From an uncultured virus (IMG/VR IMGVR_UViG_3300030085_005071) (lineage: Duplodnaviria; Heunggongvirae; Uroviricota; Caudoviricetes): a stretch of DNA of 64,000 nucleotides. The stretch covers positions 1 through 64,000 of IMG/VR virus record IMGVR_UViG_3300030085_005071; one strand, 5' to 3'. The position numbers were made by a program, and so were the translations under genes. A model generated the notes under the pieces. That model was not told where the DNA came from. It was given only the letters and a program-made list of their open reading frames with translations, and searched no databases. Below, in pieces: positions 10,801 to 20,163 of this stretch (position 1 is its first letter; every line of letters starts with the position of its first letter).

Positions 10801-11680
10801 CGTAACTGGAACAATTCAGTTTAATCAGTCGACATCTTTAAGCGGTGCATTTACAAGCGTTTCAAGTTCTCCCCTACTTAATGCTGCGGGTGCATTTACA
10901 TTTAAGCACCCGCTTAAGTCAAATCTAGTAGTACCAACACAAACTGCGACAAACCTTCTGGTCTTTACATCAAGCGACAATTCAAATGCTAACACGAATG
11001 AATATTTTAGTAGAGAAGATTACAGAATAGTAAGCGGTAATTACGCAGCGCAATCAGACATAACAACTTCTGGTAACAGCTGGGATTCAACCATTTCAAT
11101 CAACGACAACGGATCTCATCCTAATTTTGCGAAAGGGTTGATGGTTTTTGATGGATTGTTAATTAGCCCTAAAAAAGGTGGTAACTCTGGAGACTTCAGA
11201 AATCATACTGAAGGTGGTGTTTTTGAGGGTCCAAATTCTAACGTGAACTATTCTTCATTGACACATTCCACAAGAGAATATTATCGTGGGTTCTTAAATA
11301 ACACTACTAATGATAGACCAAGTGTTCAGATAACACTGTATGGCGATGCAACATTGGTAGGCATAACTGGTGATAATGCAGCTTCACTAGGCGCCAATAA
11401 AAATATTTTTGTAGAAGTAAAAATTCCTGGAGGTTCTAAAACAGGATGGTTAGACTTAGGTAAACCTTCCGAGGGTGCCGGAAACACAAATGACGGTGAT
11501 GGGTGTCTTAGTGGTGACTTAAATGCAAGTATTGGTACAGGTGGAACAACAAATGTATGCACATTTAATGGATCCACTACCAACGGAACAACTTCTGGCG
11601 CTGAGTATTTTGCAATTAAAGTATCAGCACATGAAAACTGGACGGGCTATCTTACCCGAATAGCTGTGAGCTGGAGTTAG
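7871..11680 (+). CDS. large virion structural protein with an internal duplication of about 580 aa
   Basis: G/S/T/N-rich beta composition; duplicated blocks LDDI..LSFG, GWNYARV.H, NY.EWVND, TGWLDL, WTGY. Confidence 0.7.
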   Translation: MTALRVNESSGSLGSLQIADGFGGFLSGSLKAGPNITISNDGTGSFAITASLSAGTAIGEAEDGTYADGLFTDFAIDTPIGTAVDRFNEVLKALAPAPAPNLDDINSLNTGTNLFLSFGTSNDQSSETPSYISVAGSAGVGSAVDVNGAYNVTTSSNNIRLGAFNGDTHVSGVLNPDVIANSQGNGVQNYPDFSFGDSEDGVLRLNVNGTTIKEIDLTVAYIGSGTSGLGTGSHLDSNGSGFNFFSQPTTGTFSNGNAFNSFRHRTGQFVVASGSQRLGWNYARVLHVRSGSTSTTNYIEWVNDDNEDALSPTGNSISFEGSGSVHLSGVEYFRSGSAKYKTRVSNAYKYVYDNNNITFTTSNSSAESSSPSFTISGQSKPVIGVSENHTKVLHITGSGNVTANYFISGAVTAGVNVTHPFKSNLSNAAQSTTTGILMYNLSNTSTNTSETFRRENFRIVSGAYNTQSSLTDSGNVWDSTVHMTASNGAHTNGLQFYNRRLYSPTNTLRSGDFRSTSDGGKLDNAPNENPNYSGESGQRTFYRWFRNTTGSTKHDLSITINGSGTTIVPAATALNSGRIRVFVKFPNNGTRETGWLDLASEFVLDSYSDNAGAHTANGSLSFDNSLNATNIVTLGTVGVANNEYIGIRVEADAGWTGYISQISVTFGAGTGTITAIPDLDDIDCNDDGVDCNLSFGSSKSVSGYTNVAASAGIGSAVDINGLYETDSNSNNLRRAVFALDTIIEGDLNEDVSANSPDYVANAFSDANSGSLVLEVNGLDLHTVELTGSYNLVGTGNPGAGSGTSFTGNSGFFDLSTWKPAEFDNDVPYYLEIQRTGKYRVHTADQRNGWNYARVKHVGSWGTRVTNYVEWVNDNNADALAHAGTSISQFGDDDIFHLSGVKYFVNPTGSIRTRISNIYKNVYSDASDAISLTSLSNVSAVSIVQSGVGLSSTKTENDGASPLQTLNTNANSETEVLHVTGTIQFNQSTSLSGAFTSVSSSPLLNAAGAFTFKHPLKSNLVVPTQTATNLLVFTSSDNSNANTNEYFSREDYRIVSGNYAAQSDITTSGNSWDSTISINDNGSHPNFAKGLMVFDGLLISPKKGGNSGDFRNHTEGGVFEGPNSNVNYSSLTHSTREYYRGFLNNTTNDRPSVQITLYGDATLVGITGDNAASLGANKNIFVEVKIPGGSKTGWLDLGKPSEGAGNTNDGDGCLSGDLNASIGTGGTTNVCTFNGSTTNGTTSGAEYFAIKVSAHENWTGYLTRIAVSWS

Positions 11681-11681
11681 T

Positions 11682-12845
11682 ATGGCGGGTAAGAGTAATA
11701 CTTCAGCAACGTTTTTCGCTCAGAAAAAGCTTTTAGGTAAGGCGCACACGTCAAACCTTAGAACAGATGGTGAAGAATTAATTGGATCAAATATCCAATC
11801 TTCAACTAATCTTTTATTTGGAGAAACGATACCTAATAGTCCTACTAGAACACTAAATACAGTTCAGGGCGGTACTGTTGAATATATTCAATTTGTGTTA
11901 GAGGAAGTAACAGGTAACACTTACGACGCGAACGATACTGGAGGTGGCGCAGGTTCTGACTCAGGAGAATCTGGTCAAGACCCGGGGCCACACACTTATA
12001 AATTTAAACTCCCTAGTAATTACACTAGTATTAGTGCTAATCCCAATAAAGGAAACGGAGTTTTTGATAACAATAAAGTTGTTCATGAAACGCTAGGTGC
12101 ACTCCAATTAGTTCCTCCTTTTTATTCGCAGGCAGCACCTAACCCTTATATCATTAAAATATACAAAGATGATGGAGCAGGAGGTGTAGGAAGCGAAATT
12201 CCTTTGTTGGATAATATTGATTGGAATGTCGACGCTTATAACGGTATTTTGTTCTTGCAAGATTACGATGCTAGTAAAATTCCGGCATTTGCCCGGGCAT
12301 TTGCTTATGTTGGCAAAATGGCAAGCACAGTCATCTCAGAAGGTGGCGGTGGTGCCGGAACGCCAGGCGGCTCAGATACACAAGTACAGTTTAACGACGG
12401 TGGCTCTTTTGGTGGCGATGCTGACTTAACCTATAACAAAACTACAAATACGCTACAAACAGCAGGTTTTGTAACAGCTTCCCTAGGATTCTCCGGTTCC
12501 CTAACCCAATTGTCTGATGGGACGTCTTTTATTAAAGCCGGTTCGGGAATTAATGTCGCAAGTGCATCAAATGGATCGATTACAATTAAAGCTAATAAGG
12601 AAATGGTCTTTAATGAGTTACTAGGAGGTATTACTAGTGGCAACAACACACTTTTTACTCTCGCATCAACACCTTTTGCAAGTAATGAGATAAGTATATT
12701 TGTAAATGGACAACTCCAGACGCCCCCAGGTTTAACAACATTTCAAGATTATTCAGTTACCGGATCTAACGTATTTTTTACATCCGGGTCAACGCCTGAG
12801 GAGGGCAGTTTAGTAATGGCTATTTATCAAAAGGTGGTATCATGA
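11682..12845 (+). CDS. virion structural / tail-fibre-associated protein
   Basis: PGGSDTQVQFNDGGSFGG fibre motif; C-terminal IFVNGQLQ...DY domain. Confidence 0.65.
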   Translation: MAGKSNTSATFFAQKKLLGKAHTSNLRTDGEELIGSNIQSSTNLLFGETIPNSPTRTLNTVQGGTVEYIQFVLEEVTGNTYDANDTGGGAGSDSGESGQDPGPHTYKFKLPSNYTSISANPNKGNGVFDNNKVVHETLGALQLVPPFYSQAAPNPYIIKIYKDDGAGGVGSEIPLLDNIDWNVDAYNGILFLQDYDASKIPAFARAFAYVGKMASTVISEGGGGAGTPGGSDTQVQFNDGGSFGGDADLTYNKTTNTLQTAGFVTASLGFSGSLTQLSDGTSFIKAGSGINVASASNGSITIKANKEMVFNELLGGITSGNNTLFTLASTPFASNEISIFVNGQLQTPPGLTTFQDYSVTGSNVFFTSGSTPEEGSLVMAIYQKVVS

Positions 12846-13060
12846 CTTTTAAAACATCTGATATCGCAATTGCTGCCTACTTAATGATGAAAGGAATGAC
12901 TTTGGTTGATGCACGTCGATTGTCTAACGGAAGATTTCACTTTGAGTTTGATGACCCTAATGGAATGGGTAATAAATTTGCCATTGAATACGTGAATAGT
13001 GAATCAGCTAAATTTGACAGTCACATTAAAAATCTCAAGAATATTATTTTTAAAAACTAA
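12842..13060 (+). CDS. small conserved phage protein (DUF5659-like)
   Basis: TSDIAIAAYLMMKG...FHFEF. Confidence 0.55.
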   Translation: MTFKTSDIAIAAYLMMKGMTLVDARRLSNGRFHFEFDDPNGMGNKFAIEYVNSESAKFDSHIKNLKNIIFKN

Positions 13061-13237
13061 CCCTAATTTTAAGTATTAAAAGTGTTCAAAAAAAAGCATT
13101 TTTTTAGAAAAAACTAACGACAAATTGAGTTAAGCGCAGATATATAGTATTATCAAACAATTCAAAGTCTGTCATGTTGAGTTAAGTTTAAAACTATTAT
13201 AAAAATGCTATAAACCATAACACAAGGAGAAAAAATT

Positions 13238-15631
13238 ATGGCTTCAAGAACACAAATGCGTTTACAACAGTTAACAGGGTCATTTAGTAGCCTTAAAACA
13301 GAAGCGCAACAATACGTAACCCCAGCTGCAGCTGCAGCATTGACGGGATCAGATCTTCAAGACGTCTTAGGCGCTTTTGGAGCTGCTTTAAATAGAATTC
13401 ACGGTGCGGCATCAGACGAACCGTTTAACGCAACAGCTGGGCACTTTTTAAACTCAGCAACTACTGACGGCGCTGACGACGCTGGTGCGATCAAACTTTC
13501 AGCAGCAAACGGTGGTATTGGTATCGCTTTTAATGACGCGAAAGACCTTTGGATTGAAGGTGGTCAGACAATGGTCGTTGCTAATCACGACACAGCTGAT
13601 GCAATTAAGCTTCACGCTGACGCAGGAAGTTCACAAACAATCACTGTATTGAATGATGAAGGTACGGCAGCCGCAGCAATCGCACTTACTGCAACAGCTG
13701 GTGGTGTTGATATCGACGCAGCAGCTGGTAAGGACGTTGCGATCAACGGTGGTCAAGTTATTCTTACTGGTTTGGATGACACAGCTAGCTCAATTTCATT
13801 AGTGACAGATAACGGAACATCTGAAACCATCACAGTTCAAGCACTATCAAGTGAGGCTGATGGAGCAATTACACTTCAATCACCTAGTGGTGGTATCTTA
13901 TTAGACACTAACGCTGCTGGCAAGAAAATTCATTTGGATTCTGAAGGTTCTGTTGATATTGATGCAGTTAAAGGACTTACAATCTCAAATGCTTCTGCTG
14001 CTGATGCTGACGATATGACAATTGAAGTAACAGGTGCAACTAATTCTAGTTTACATTTAGCATCTTCGGGTACAGCTGCTGACGCATTAACAATCTCAAC
14101 TTCAGCTGGTGGTATGGATATCACAGTTGCAGGTGCAGCTGCAGGTGAAGACTTAGATATTACTGCTAATTCATCAGTTAACATTACATCGTCAGAAAAT
14201 ATTGCTGATTCTATCGTGATTACTGGTGGTGGTGGTGTTGATATCGTAACTCAAAATGATAAGGATCTAGATATTACTTCTGCTAACAATGTCAATATTG
14301 ATGCCCAAGGTACTACTTCTGGTGACGGTGTTATTGTTACATTAGGTTCAGATACAGCTGACACAATATTTAAAGTGTTGAACAACAGTGGTCAAGACGC
14401 TTTTATTGTTAACGGTGCAAAAAATGCTCAAGTTGAAGGTAACTTAACAGTAGCTGGTAACTTAGATATTAACGGAACGACAACAACAATCGACAGTGTT
14501 AACCTTACTGTACAAGATTCAATCATTGCATTAGGCGTTTCTGGATCTGATGAGGGTTATTCAACAGTTGGTGATCGTGGTATTCTTTTTCCAAGAGGCA
14601 CAGATGCTTCAGCAGTTGCAGGTTTTTGGTGGGATGGCTCTAGATTCCAATTAGCAACGTCTAAGACCGGTCCAAACTCTGGTTCTTTCCAGACAGTCGA
14701 CGCTTACAACTCTTTAAAGCTTAATAAGATTGAATTTGATGATAACACAAACCACATTGCACAAAGCGGCGGTAATTTAACAGTCTCAGCTGATGCTAGC
14801 TTGGTATTAGACGTGGCTGCGAATATTGAACTTAATGCTGACGGCGGTATTGTAGAGTTTAAAGATGGAGCTGTGTCTATGGGTACTATTCAACACAATA
14901 GTGCTAATAAGACATTGATTGTATCTTCATCGGCCGATGATTCTATTACTCTTGAAGCACAGTCAGGTGAAGTTTTCATTAGTGATGATGCAGGCGGATC
15001 ATCTGCTGGAATAAGTGTAGCTACTGCCAACGAGATTAAATTTGGACACACTGACCAGGGAACACACGATGTAGGGTTCTTGAATCTTAAAGATAACAAC
15101 TTTTCAATTCTTTCTGCTTCTATAGGACTCCAAATCGACGCCGGTGCCACTCCTGGTCTTCTTAGACTTAAGAATGGCGCACAGAACGTTGGTTTTAAGG
15201 CTCCAGGTACTTTGTCGAATGGGTACGACATGCTCTTCCCGAATCCTGGCACCCCCCTATCTGCTACTGTTGGTAAGGTTTTAAAAGTTGCAAGTCAAGC
15301 TGGTAGTGATTTAACATTGGAATTTGCTGATCCAAATTCAGGCTTGGAAAAAGCAGTTCGTGTTATTACAGGATCTGCCGGTATCCCAGCTGGGACAGCG
15401 CTTTCAGTTGCAACAGCAGATATCACTGCAGGTGATCAGGTGACTAGTTTATCAACTGCAGGATCACAGGGATCTACACTTGATGTTTTTGTCAACGGAC
15501 AGCTTTTAGTTTCTGGTTCTGAAACAGAACGTGCTAACGGAGATAGAGATTACGTAATTTCTGCAGCACAAGCTCTTAAGTTTGCATTTGCACTTGAGGA
15601 AGACGACGTAGTTCAAGTAATTAAAAGATAA
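13238..15631 (+). CDS. tail fibre / spike-like structural protein
   Basis: Repeated AI.L.A..GG.DI beta-helical units; GNLTVAGNLDINGTTTTIDSVNLTVQD; C-terminal VFVNGQLL...DY. Confidence 0.7.
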   Translation: MASRTQMRLQQLTGSFSSLKTEAQQYVTPAAAAALTGSDLQDVLGAFGAALNRIHGAASDEPFNATAGHFLNSATTDGADDAGAIKLSAANGGIGIAFNDAKDLWIEGGQTMVVANHDTADAIKLHADAGSSQTITVLNDEGTAAAAIALTATAGGVDIDAAAGKDVAINGGQVILTGLDDTASSISLVTDNGTSETITVQALSSEADGAITLQSPSGGILLDTNAAGKKIHLDSEGSVDIDAVKGLTISNASAADADDMTIEVTGATNSSLHLASSGTAADALTISTSAGGMDITVAGAAAGEDLDITANSSVNITSSENIADSIVITGGGGVDIVTQNDKDLDITSANNVNIDAQGTTSGDGVIVTLGSDTADTIFKVLNNSGQDAFIVNGAKNAQVEGNLTVAGNLDINGTTTTIDSVNLTVQDSIIALGVSGSDEGYSTVGDRGILFPRGTDASAVAGFWWDGSRFQLATSKTGPNSGSFQTVDAYNSLKLNKIEFDDNTNHIAQSGGNLTVSADASLVLDVAANIELNADGGIVEFKDGAVSMGTIQHNSANKTLIVSSSADDSITLEAQSGEVFISDDAGGSSAGISVATANEIKFGHTDQGTHDVGFLNLKDNNFSILSASIGLQIDAGATPGLLRLKNGAQNVGFKAPGTLSNGYDMLFPNPGTPLSATVGKVLKVASQAGSDLTLEFADPNSGLEKAVRVITGSAGIPAGTALSVATADITAGDQVTSLSTAGSQGSTLDVFVNGQLLVSGSETERANGDRDYVISAAQALKFAFALEEDDVVQVIKR

Positions 15632-15658
15632 TTAAGTTAGTTATTAGCTAATTAAATT

Positions 15659-15690
15659 AAGAGGGGTAGTTTAACTACCTCTCTTTTTTT
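15659..15690 (+). terminator. intrinsic terminator
   Basis: gaggggtagtt/aactacctctc stem followed by T7. Confidence 0.8.
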
Positions 15691-15722
15691 ATATTATATG
15701 CATACTTACTTAGGAGGAGAAG

Positions 15723-16064
15723 ATGATCCAAGAAAAGTTTAAAATTGCTACAAAACCTAATATGACTGAACAAACTCTGTTTCAGATAACACAAATGAAA
15801 AATTTTGTTGACAACACTCTTAAACAAGCTGTTGCCAAAGATTTTAAAAGCGAAGAAGAAAAAATCAAATATTTGCTTGATTCTCTTTACAATATCAGGG
15901 ATTTTTGCTTGACTGTGACAAATGAAAATTCTTTAAGATTGAGACTACTCCAGCAATTTGAGGAAATTGAAAAAGAAATAGAAGTGGGAAACGACTTGCA
16001 AGAGCAAGAAGAAAAATCATTAGAGAATCTAGAAGAAGACTCGGAACAAAACCAGTTAAATTAA
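15723..16064 (+). CDS. hypothetical protein
   Basis: GGAGGAG RBS, 113 aa. Confidence 0.7.
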   Translation: MIQEKFKIATKPNMTEQTLFQITQMKNFVDNTLKQAVAKDFKSEEEKIKYLLDSLYNIRDFCLTVTNENSLRLRLLQQFEEIEKEIEVGNDLQEQEEKSLENLEEDSEQNQLN

Positions 16065-16083
16065 AAGATAAAAGGAATTGTAA

Positions 16084-16515
16084 ATGAAAGTATTACAAAC
16101 TGCGAACCTGGGTAAAGGTTATTCGGGTATATCAGGAAGTATAAGATACCAACTTTTTGACACGCTAGGATCGAGTGTGTTATCAGCGAGAAATACAGGG
16201 GTGTATGAGTTAGGTACTAGTACCGGTCTTTACGGCGTGCAACTAGACTTGTCTACACAGTTTAGTGGATCGATCGTGTGGTCTGTAGATGGAAACACAC
16301 GAGTATACGCAACTGAAGAAGTAAAGATCGATCAAAAAATGGCGAGATATATCCATACAGGAAGGTGGCTTGTTGATGAGAATACAAATCAAATGGTCTT
16401 TTATCAGGATGATAATAACACAGAAATAGCCCGTTATGCACTATTTGATAGAAACGGAGTATCTTCGATTACTGAACTCTTTGAAAGGCGACTAATAGGT
16501 ACAGGCAGCGTCTGA
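16084..16515 (+). CDS. hypothetical, probably virion protein
   Basis: Beta-rich; GRW.VD..TNQMVFY.DD; lies in the structural cluster. Confidence 0.6.
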   Translation: MKVLQTANLGKGYSGISGSIRYQLFDTLGSSVLSARNTGVYELGTSTGLYGVQLDLSTQFSGSIVWSVDGNTRVYATEEVKIDQKMARYIHTGRWLVDENTNQMVFYQDDNNTEIARYALFDRNGVSSITELFERRLIGTGSV

Positions 16516-16862
16516 TGCCTGGATTTACTGTAACAAGAGGATTAGGGCCTGGCGCAACACCGACAAATTTAATTGTGAGAGGTTTCTTGGAAGTCATTCA
16601 AGAAACATTAATTAAACGAGGGCAATCATACAAAAAAGAAAAAATAAGAAGGTATGATCACGAAACAGAAACATACTACGATGAGTATAATATCGTTGTC
16701 CAATTAGTTGCTATTAATGGAAAAGAGCTATTTAATCCGATAATTAATAAAGTAAAACATCTAATAAAAGATGAAAATGACATCAAGATCAAAGCTAGTC
16801 CTAAGAAGTTAACAATTCAAAGCCCAGAGATTAGTATAAATGTTAAAATTGTGGAGAAATAA
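16515..16862 (+). CDS. hypothetical protein
   Basis: Translationally coupled (TGATG). Confidence 0.65.
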   Translation: MPGFTVTRGLGPGATPTNLIVRGFLEVIQETLIKRGQSYKKEKIRRYDHETETYYDEYNIVVQLVAINGKELFNPIINKVKHLIKDENDIKIKASPKKLTIQSPEISINVKIVEK

Positions 16863-16864
16863 CA

Positions 16865-17356
16865 ATGTCAAAAATTAATCTAATGATTGACGAAGAAAAC
16901 GAACTAACATTCCAAGTACAAATCGAAGGTACTCGACCCGGGACAGCAAAATGTCGCCTTATGCTAGAATCAAATAGCATGTCCCTTGCATTTGAAGGTC
17001 AAAGCTCTAACGATGAAGTTTCTGTCACATTACCACCCCTAGATCATATTTTAAAGGAAGGCGTTTACGACATGACTCTTGAAGTTGTCGTAGACGATCG
17101 ATTTTTTGAACCTCTTAAATTGCAAGGTGAATTTGAGAAAAGGCTCAAGGTCACAGCAGAATCGGTTAAAGTTAAAACAAAGCCGAAAGTAAAAACATCT
17201 GCTTCGCTAGTAGAAGTTAAAAAGAAAGGTAGTAAAAGTGGAAATGTTAACGTCGTAAGAAAGACTAGAAAGCAACCTATTTTGGAGTCAAATAGAAAAA
17301 AAGTTGTAACTGATCAAGATATCATGAACTTGATCAAAAAATTAACGGAGAAATAA
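16865..17356 (+). CDS. hypothetical protein (Ig-like N-terminus, basic tail)
   Basis: RBS GGAG; 163 aa. Confidence 0.65.
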   Translation: MSKINLMIDEENELTFQVQIEGTRPGTAKCRLMLESNSMSLAFEGQSSNDEVSVTLPPLDHILKEGVYDMTLEVVVDDRFFEPLKLQGEFEKRLKVTAESVKVKTKPKVKTSASLVEVKKKGSKSGNVNVVRKTRKQPILESNRKKVVTDQDIMNLIKKLTEK

Positions 17357-17577
17357 TGATAAATTTATACATATTAACATCACTAATATATGCATATATC
17401 ATCATGACTAATTTAGAAAATTTAAGACACACACCGATAAAAACAGACTTGAAAACAAGAAATAAAACAAATGCAAAAATCAAGGAGTTGGAAGGTGATC
17501 TTAATTTGTTTTTCCTTTGGCCATGGCTTTTGATTAAAAAAATTAAAAATGAATATAACGCCAGAAAACAAGATTAA
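17356..17577 (+). CDS. small membrane protein
   Basis: Hydrophobic N-terminus; LFFLWPWLL. Confidence 0.5.
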   Translation: MINLYILTSLIYAYIIMTNLENLRHTPIKTDLKTRNKTNAKIKELEGDLNLFFLWPWLLIKKIKNEYNARKQD

Positions 17578-18283
17578 GATTTTAGAGTACAAATTAGCTT
17601 TTGAACGTGAAATATTAGTCAAGAAAGAGTTTGATGAGGGCAATAGTGATCTAAACTATCGCCTTTCTTTCTTTAGAGAGAAGCTAATAAAAAATAACAA
17701 TGATAAAAAACAAGTTGAGAGCTTTGACAATTTTTTCATGCCCAAAGACAAAAACACCCAATGCAATAATGGCAGTAACGAAATAGAGATCCACAGAAAT
17801 GCCCAGAAGTCATCTAAAAAAAGTGTTAATGTAGAAACATGGCTAAAGAAAGCTTATCGTCAGATTGCAAAATTGACACATCCAGATATGTTAGTGGGTA
17901 TTAAGTCCAGCAAGATAATTAATCAGTTCTTGAATTATTACAACATAGCTCAAAATGCGTATGAGAAAAATATTCCGGCTGACATAATTATGGTAGCTAG
18001 CGATCTAGAAGTCCCTATCGATAATGATATCATAAGCAGGGAAATTAAAAAATCTTTTGAGGAAAAGGTAAGATTAATTGATAGCACTATGAAGCAACTA
18101 GGATACCAATGGTATCAAGTACCTGAAGAAAATAGAGACGCAGAGTTTAAAAAAATTCTAACAATCATGGGTTTTAAGTTTACAGATGCGCAGGTGAAAG
18201 AAGTGATTAAATCAAAAAAGCCTAATAGAAAAGTTGGTAAAAGACCCGAAAAATTTAGTGTAAAAAGAAGAAAATTAAATTAG
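17549..18283 (+). CDS. J-domain-containing protein
   Basis: LKKAYRQIAKLTHPD motif. Confidence 0.7.
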   Translation: MNITPENKIKILEYKLAFEREILVKKEFDEGNSDLNYRLSFFREKLIKNNNDKKQVESFDNFFMPKDKNTQCNNGSNEIEIHRNAQKSSKKSVNVETWLKKAYRQIAKLTHPDMLVGIKSSKIINQFLNYYNIAQNAYEKNIPADIIMVASDLEVPIDNDIISREIKKSFEEKVRLIDSTMKQLGYQWYQVPEENRDAEFKKILTIMGFKFTDAQVKEVIKSKKPNRKVGKRPEKFSVKRRKLN

Positions 18284-18316
18284 TATTTATTGTTAACATT
18301 AACAAGAGATATACAC

Positions 18317-18724
18317 ATGTCACCCTACACACTATTACAAGAAGAACTGGGCAGAGACCCATGGAAGATTTTTGTCTGTTGCATTTTTTGCAATCTTACT
18401 AAGAGGCGGACTTCTGAACCCTTCTTTTGGAAATTTTTACAACGATGGCCTAATCCTAAGGCTGCATCGAGACTTAATGAAGCGGAATTAAAAACATTAA
18501 TAGAGCCGCTGGGTTTAGTAGACCGCAGGACAAAAGCTTTAAAGCAGATGTCTATAGACTACCTTTCAAAAGACTGGAGAGATGACGCCACAAAACTATT
18601 TGGAATTGGCAAATATGGATCGGATGCATATAGGATCTTTGTCAAAGACGAGTGGAGAGAGGTGACACCCACAGATAGTGCACTTAAAAATTATAAAAAA
18701 TGGATGGAGGAAACACATGCCTGA
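18317..18724 (+). CDS. MBD4-like HhH-GPD G:T/U mismatch DNA glycosylase
   Basis: LLQEE..DPWK, PLGL..RR, LFGIGKYGSDAYRIF..EWREV.P.D..L..Y..W, colinear with the MBD4 catalytic domain. Confidence 0.85.
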   Translation: MSPYTLLQEELGRDPWKIFVCCIFCNLTKRRTSEPFFWKFLQRWPNPKAASRLNEAELKTLIEPLGLVDRRTKALKQMSIDYLSKDWRDDATKLFGIGKYGSDAYRIFVKDEWREVTPTDSALKNYKKWMEETHA

Positions 18725-19526
18725 AGGACCAGAAGTAAGAATCACAACAGACTTTTTAAAATCTTTTGAAGATAAAGGATTGACAGGATTTACAGTACTG
18801 TCGGGAAGATATACTAAAAAAGGCGGAATACCCGGGAAAGAATCGTGTATTTTACCGGCTAAATTAACTGAAGTTAATTGTAAGGGTAAATTTATTTACA
18901 TGACTTTGACTGTAGAAAAAGAAACTTTCTATCTGTTCAGTACATTAGGTATGACTGGGATGTGGAGCGGTAAAAGAAGCAAGCACGCACGCTTTGTAAT
19001 GTTCTTTGATGACGGATCTGAATTATATTACAATGACGTTAGAAATTTCGGCACACTAAAGTTTGTCAATGACAAGAAAGAGTTGGATAAAAAACTTAAG
19101 TCTTTAGGGCCTGATATTCTAACCACTGATATCGATCAAACAGGATACAAAAAGCGTTTCACCAGTAAACCTAATAAAACAATTGCAGAGTGTCTTATGA
19201 ATCAATCTGTAGTATCTGGCGTAGGTAATTATTTAAAGGCAGAAATACTTTATTGCTCTAAAGTATCTCCCCATCGTAAAATCAAAGATATTGATGATAA
19301 TGAGTGGAAAAGCTTACATGAAAACACATTAGTCCAGTCTAGAAGATCTTATAAGTTTGGTGGTGCAACAATTGCAACTTATAGGCAACCAAATGGCAAA
19401 GAAGGGTTGTACAATCGACGATTTGCTGTGTATAATCAAAAAAGTGATCCCGATGGTAGAACTGTGATCAAAGAACAAACAGCTGATAAGCGAACAACCC
19501 ATTGGGTACCTGAAATTCAAAAGTAG
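18717..19526 (+). CDS. Fpg/Nei DNA glycosylase with zinc-less finger
   Basis: N-terminal MPEGPEV, KGKFIY, LGMTG, D.RNFG, LGPD, NQ..VSGVGNYLKAE; C-terminus has no Cys. Confidence 0.92.
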   Translation: MPEGPEVRITTDFLKSFEDKGLTGFTVLSGRYTKKGGIPGKESCILPAKLTEVNCKGKFIYMTLTVEKETFYLFSTLGMTGMWSGKRSKHARFVMFFDDGSELYYNDVRNFGTLKFVNDKKELDKKLKSLGPDILTTDIDQTGYKKRFTSKPNKTIAECLMNQSVVSGVGNYLKAEILYCSKVSPHRKIKDIDDNEWKSLHENTLVQSRRSYKFGGATIATYRQPNGKEGLYNRRFAVYNQKSDPDGRTVIKEQTADKRTTHWVPEIQK

Positions 19527-19534
19527 GAGTTAAT

Positions 19535-19783
19535 ATGACAGAAGAAACAACATTACAAAAATTCAAACTAGACGATAGTTCAATTGCACATATCGTCAAA
19601 TTAATTCAATTAGGTTTTATTACAGGAACTGATATTGTTGATCATTTCAGAATGATACAGTTAATTACTGACGATACAGGATTCTTACACCTCGATCCTG
19701 AGTACGAAGCAAATCAAAGTAGCAATATTGAAAAAATGTTGGCCCAGGCGTCAGAATCATCACAAGCCACAGAGGAGGCTTAA
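19535..19783 (+). CDS. hypothetical protein
   Basis: RBS AGGAG; 82 aa. Confidence 0.7.
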   Translation: MTEETTLQKFKLDDSSIAHIVKLIQLGFITGTDIVDHFRMIQLITDDTGFLHLDPEYEANQSSNIEKMLAQASESSQATEEA

Positions 19784-19785
19784 TC

Positions 19786-20163
19786 ATGGACTGCAAACTT
19801 AAAGACATGTTTGATCTTAGGCTTTCATTTATGAAAGCAATGCAAGAAACAATACCGGGGTCATATCCTCCGTTTCCAGTAGATATATCTGAAAAAGCAT
19901 CTCAACAAGTTTGCAGAGATTTGGCACTTAAAGGTGTCGAAGAAATGTTTGAAGCACTACAACATCTTAAAAACTGGAAACCTCACCGCCAGACTGAAAT
20001 AAAAGAAGATCTAGATCGTGAAGAATTCTTAGAAGAAGTTGTGGATGCTTTAAACTACTTTTTTGCTATGTTAATTGTCACTGGTTTTAGTGAAAAAGAG
20101 TTATTTGACGCATATATAAAAAAGGACGCAAAAATCAGAGATCGTCTAAAAGAAGGGTATTGA
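19786..20163 (+). CDS. all-alpha dNTP pyrophosphatase (dimeric dUTPase / T4 gp56 dCTPase / MazG fold)
   Basis: EEMFEA...NWKPH...EFLEEVVDALNYF. Confidence 0.8.
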   Translation: MDCKLKDMFDLRLSFMKAMQETIPGSYPPFPVDISEKASQQVCRDLALKGVEEMFEALQHLKNWKPHRQTEIKEDLDREEFLEEVVDALNYFFAMLIVTGFSEKELFDAYIKKDAKIRDRLKEGY

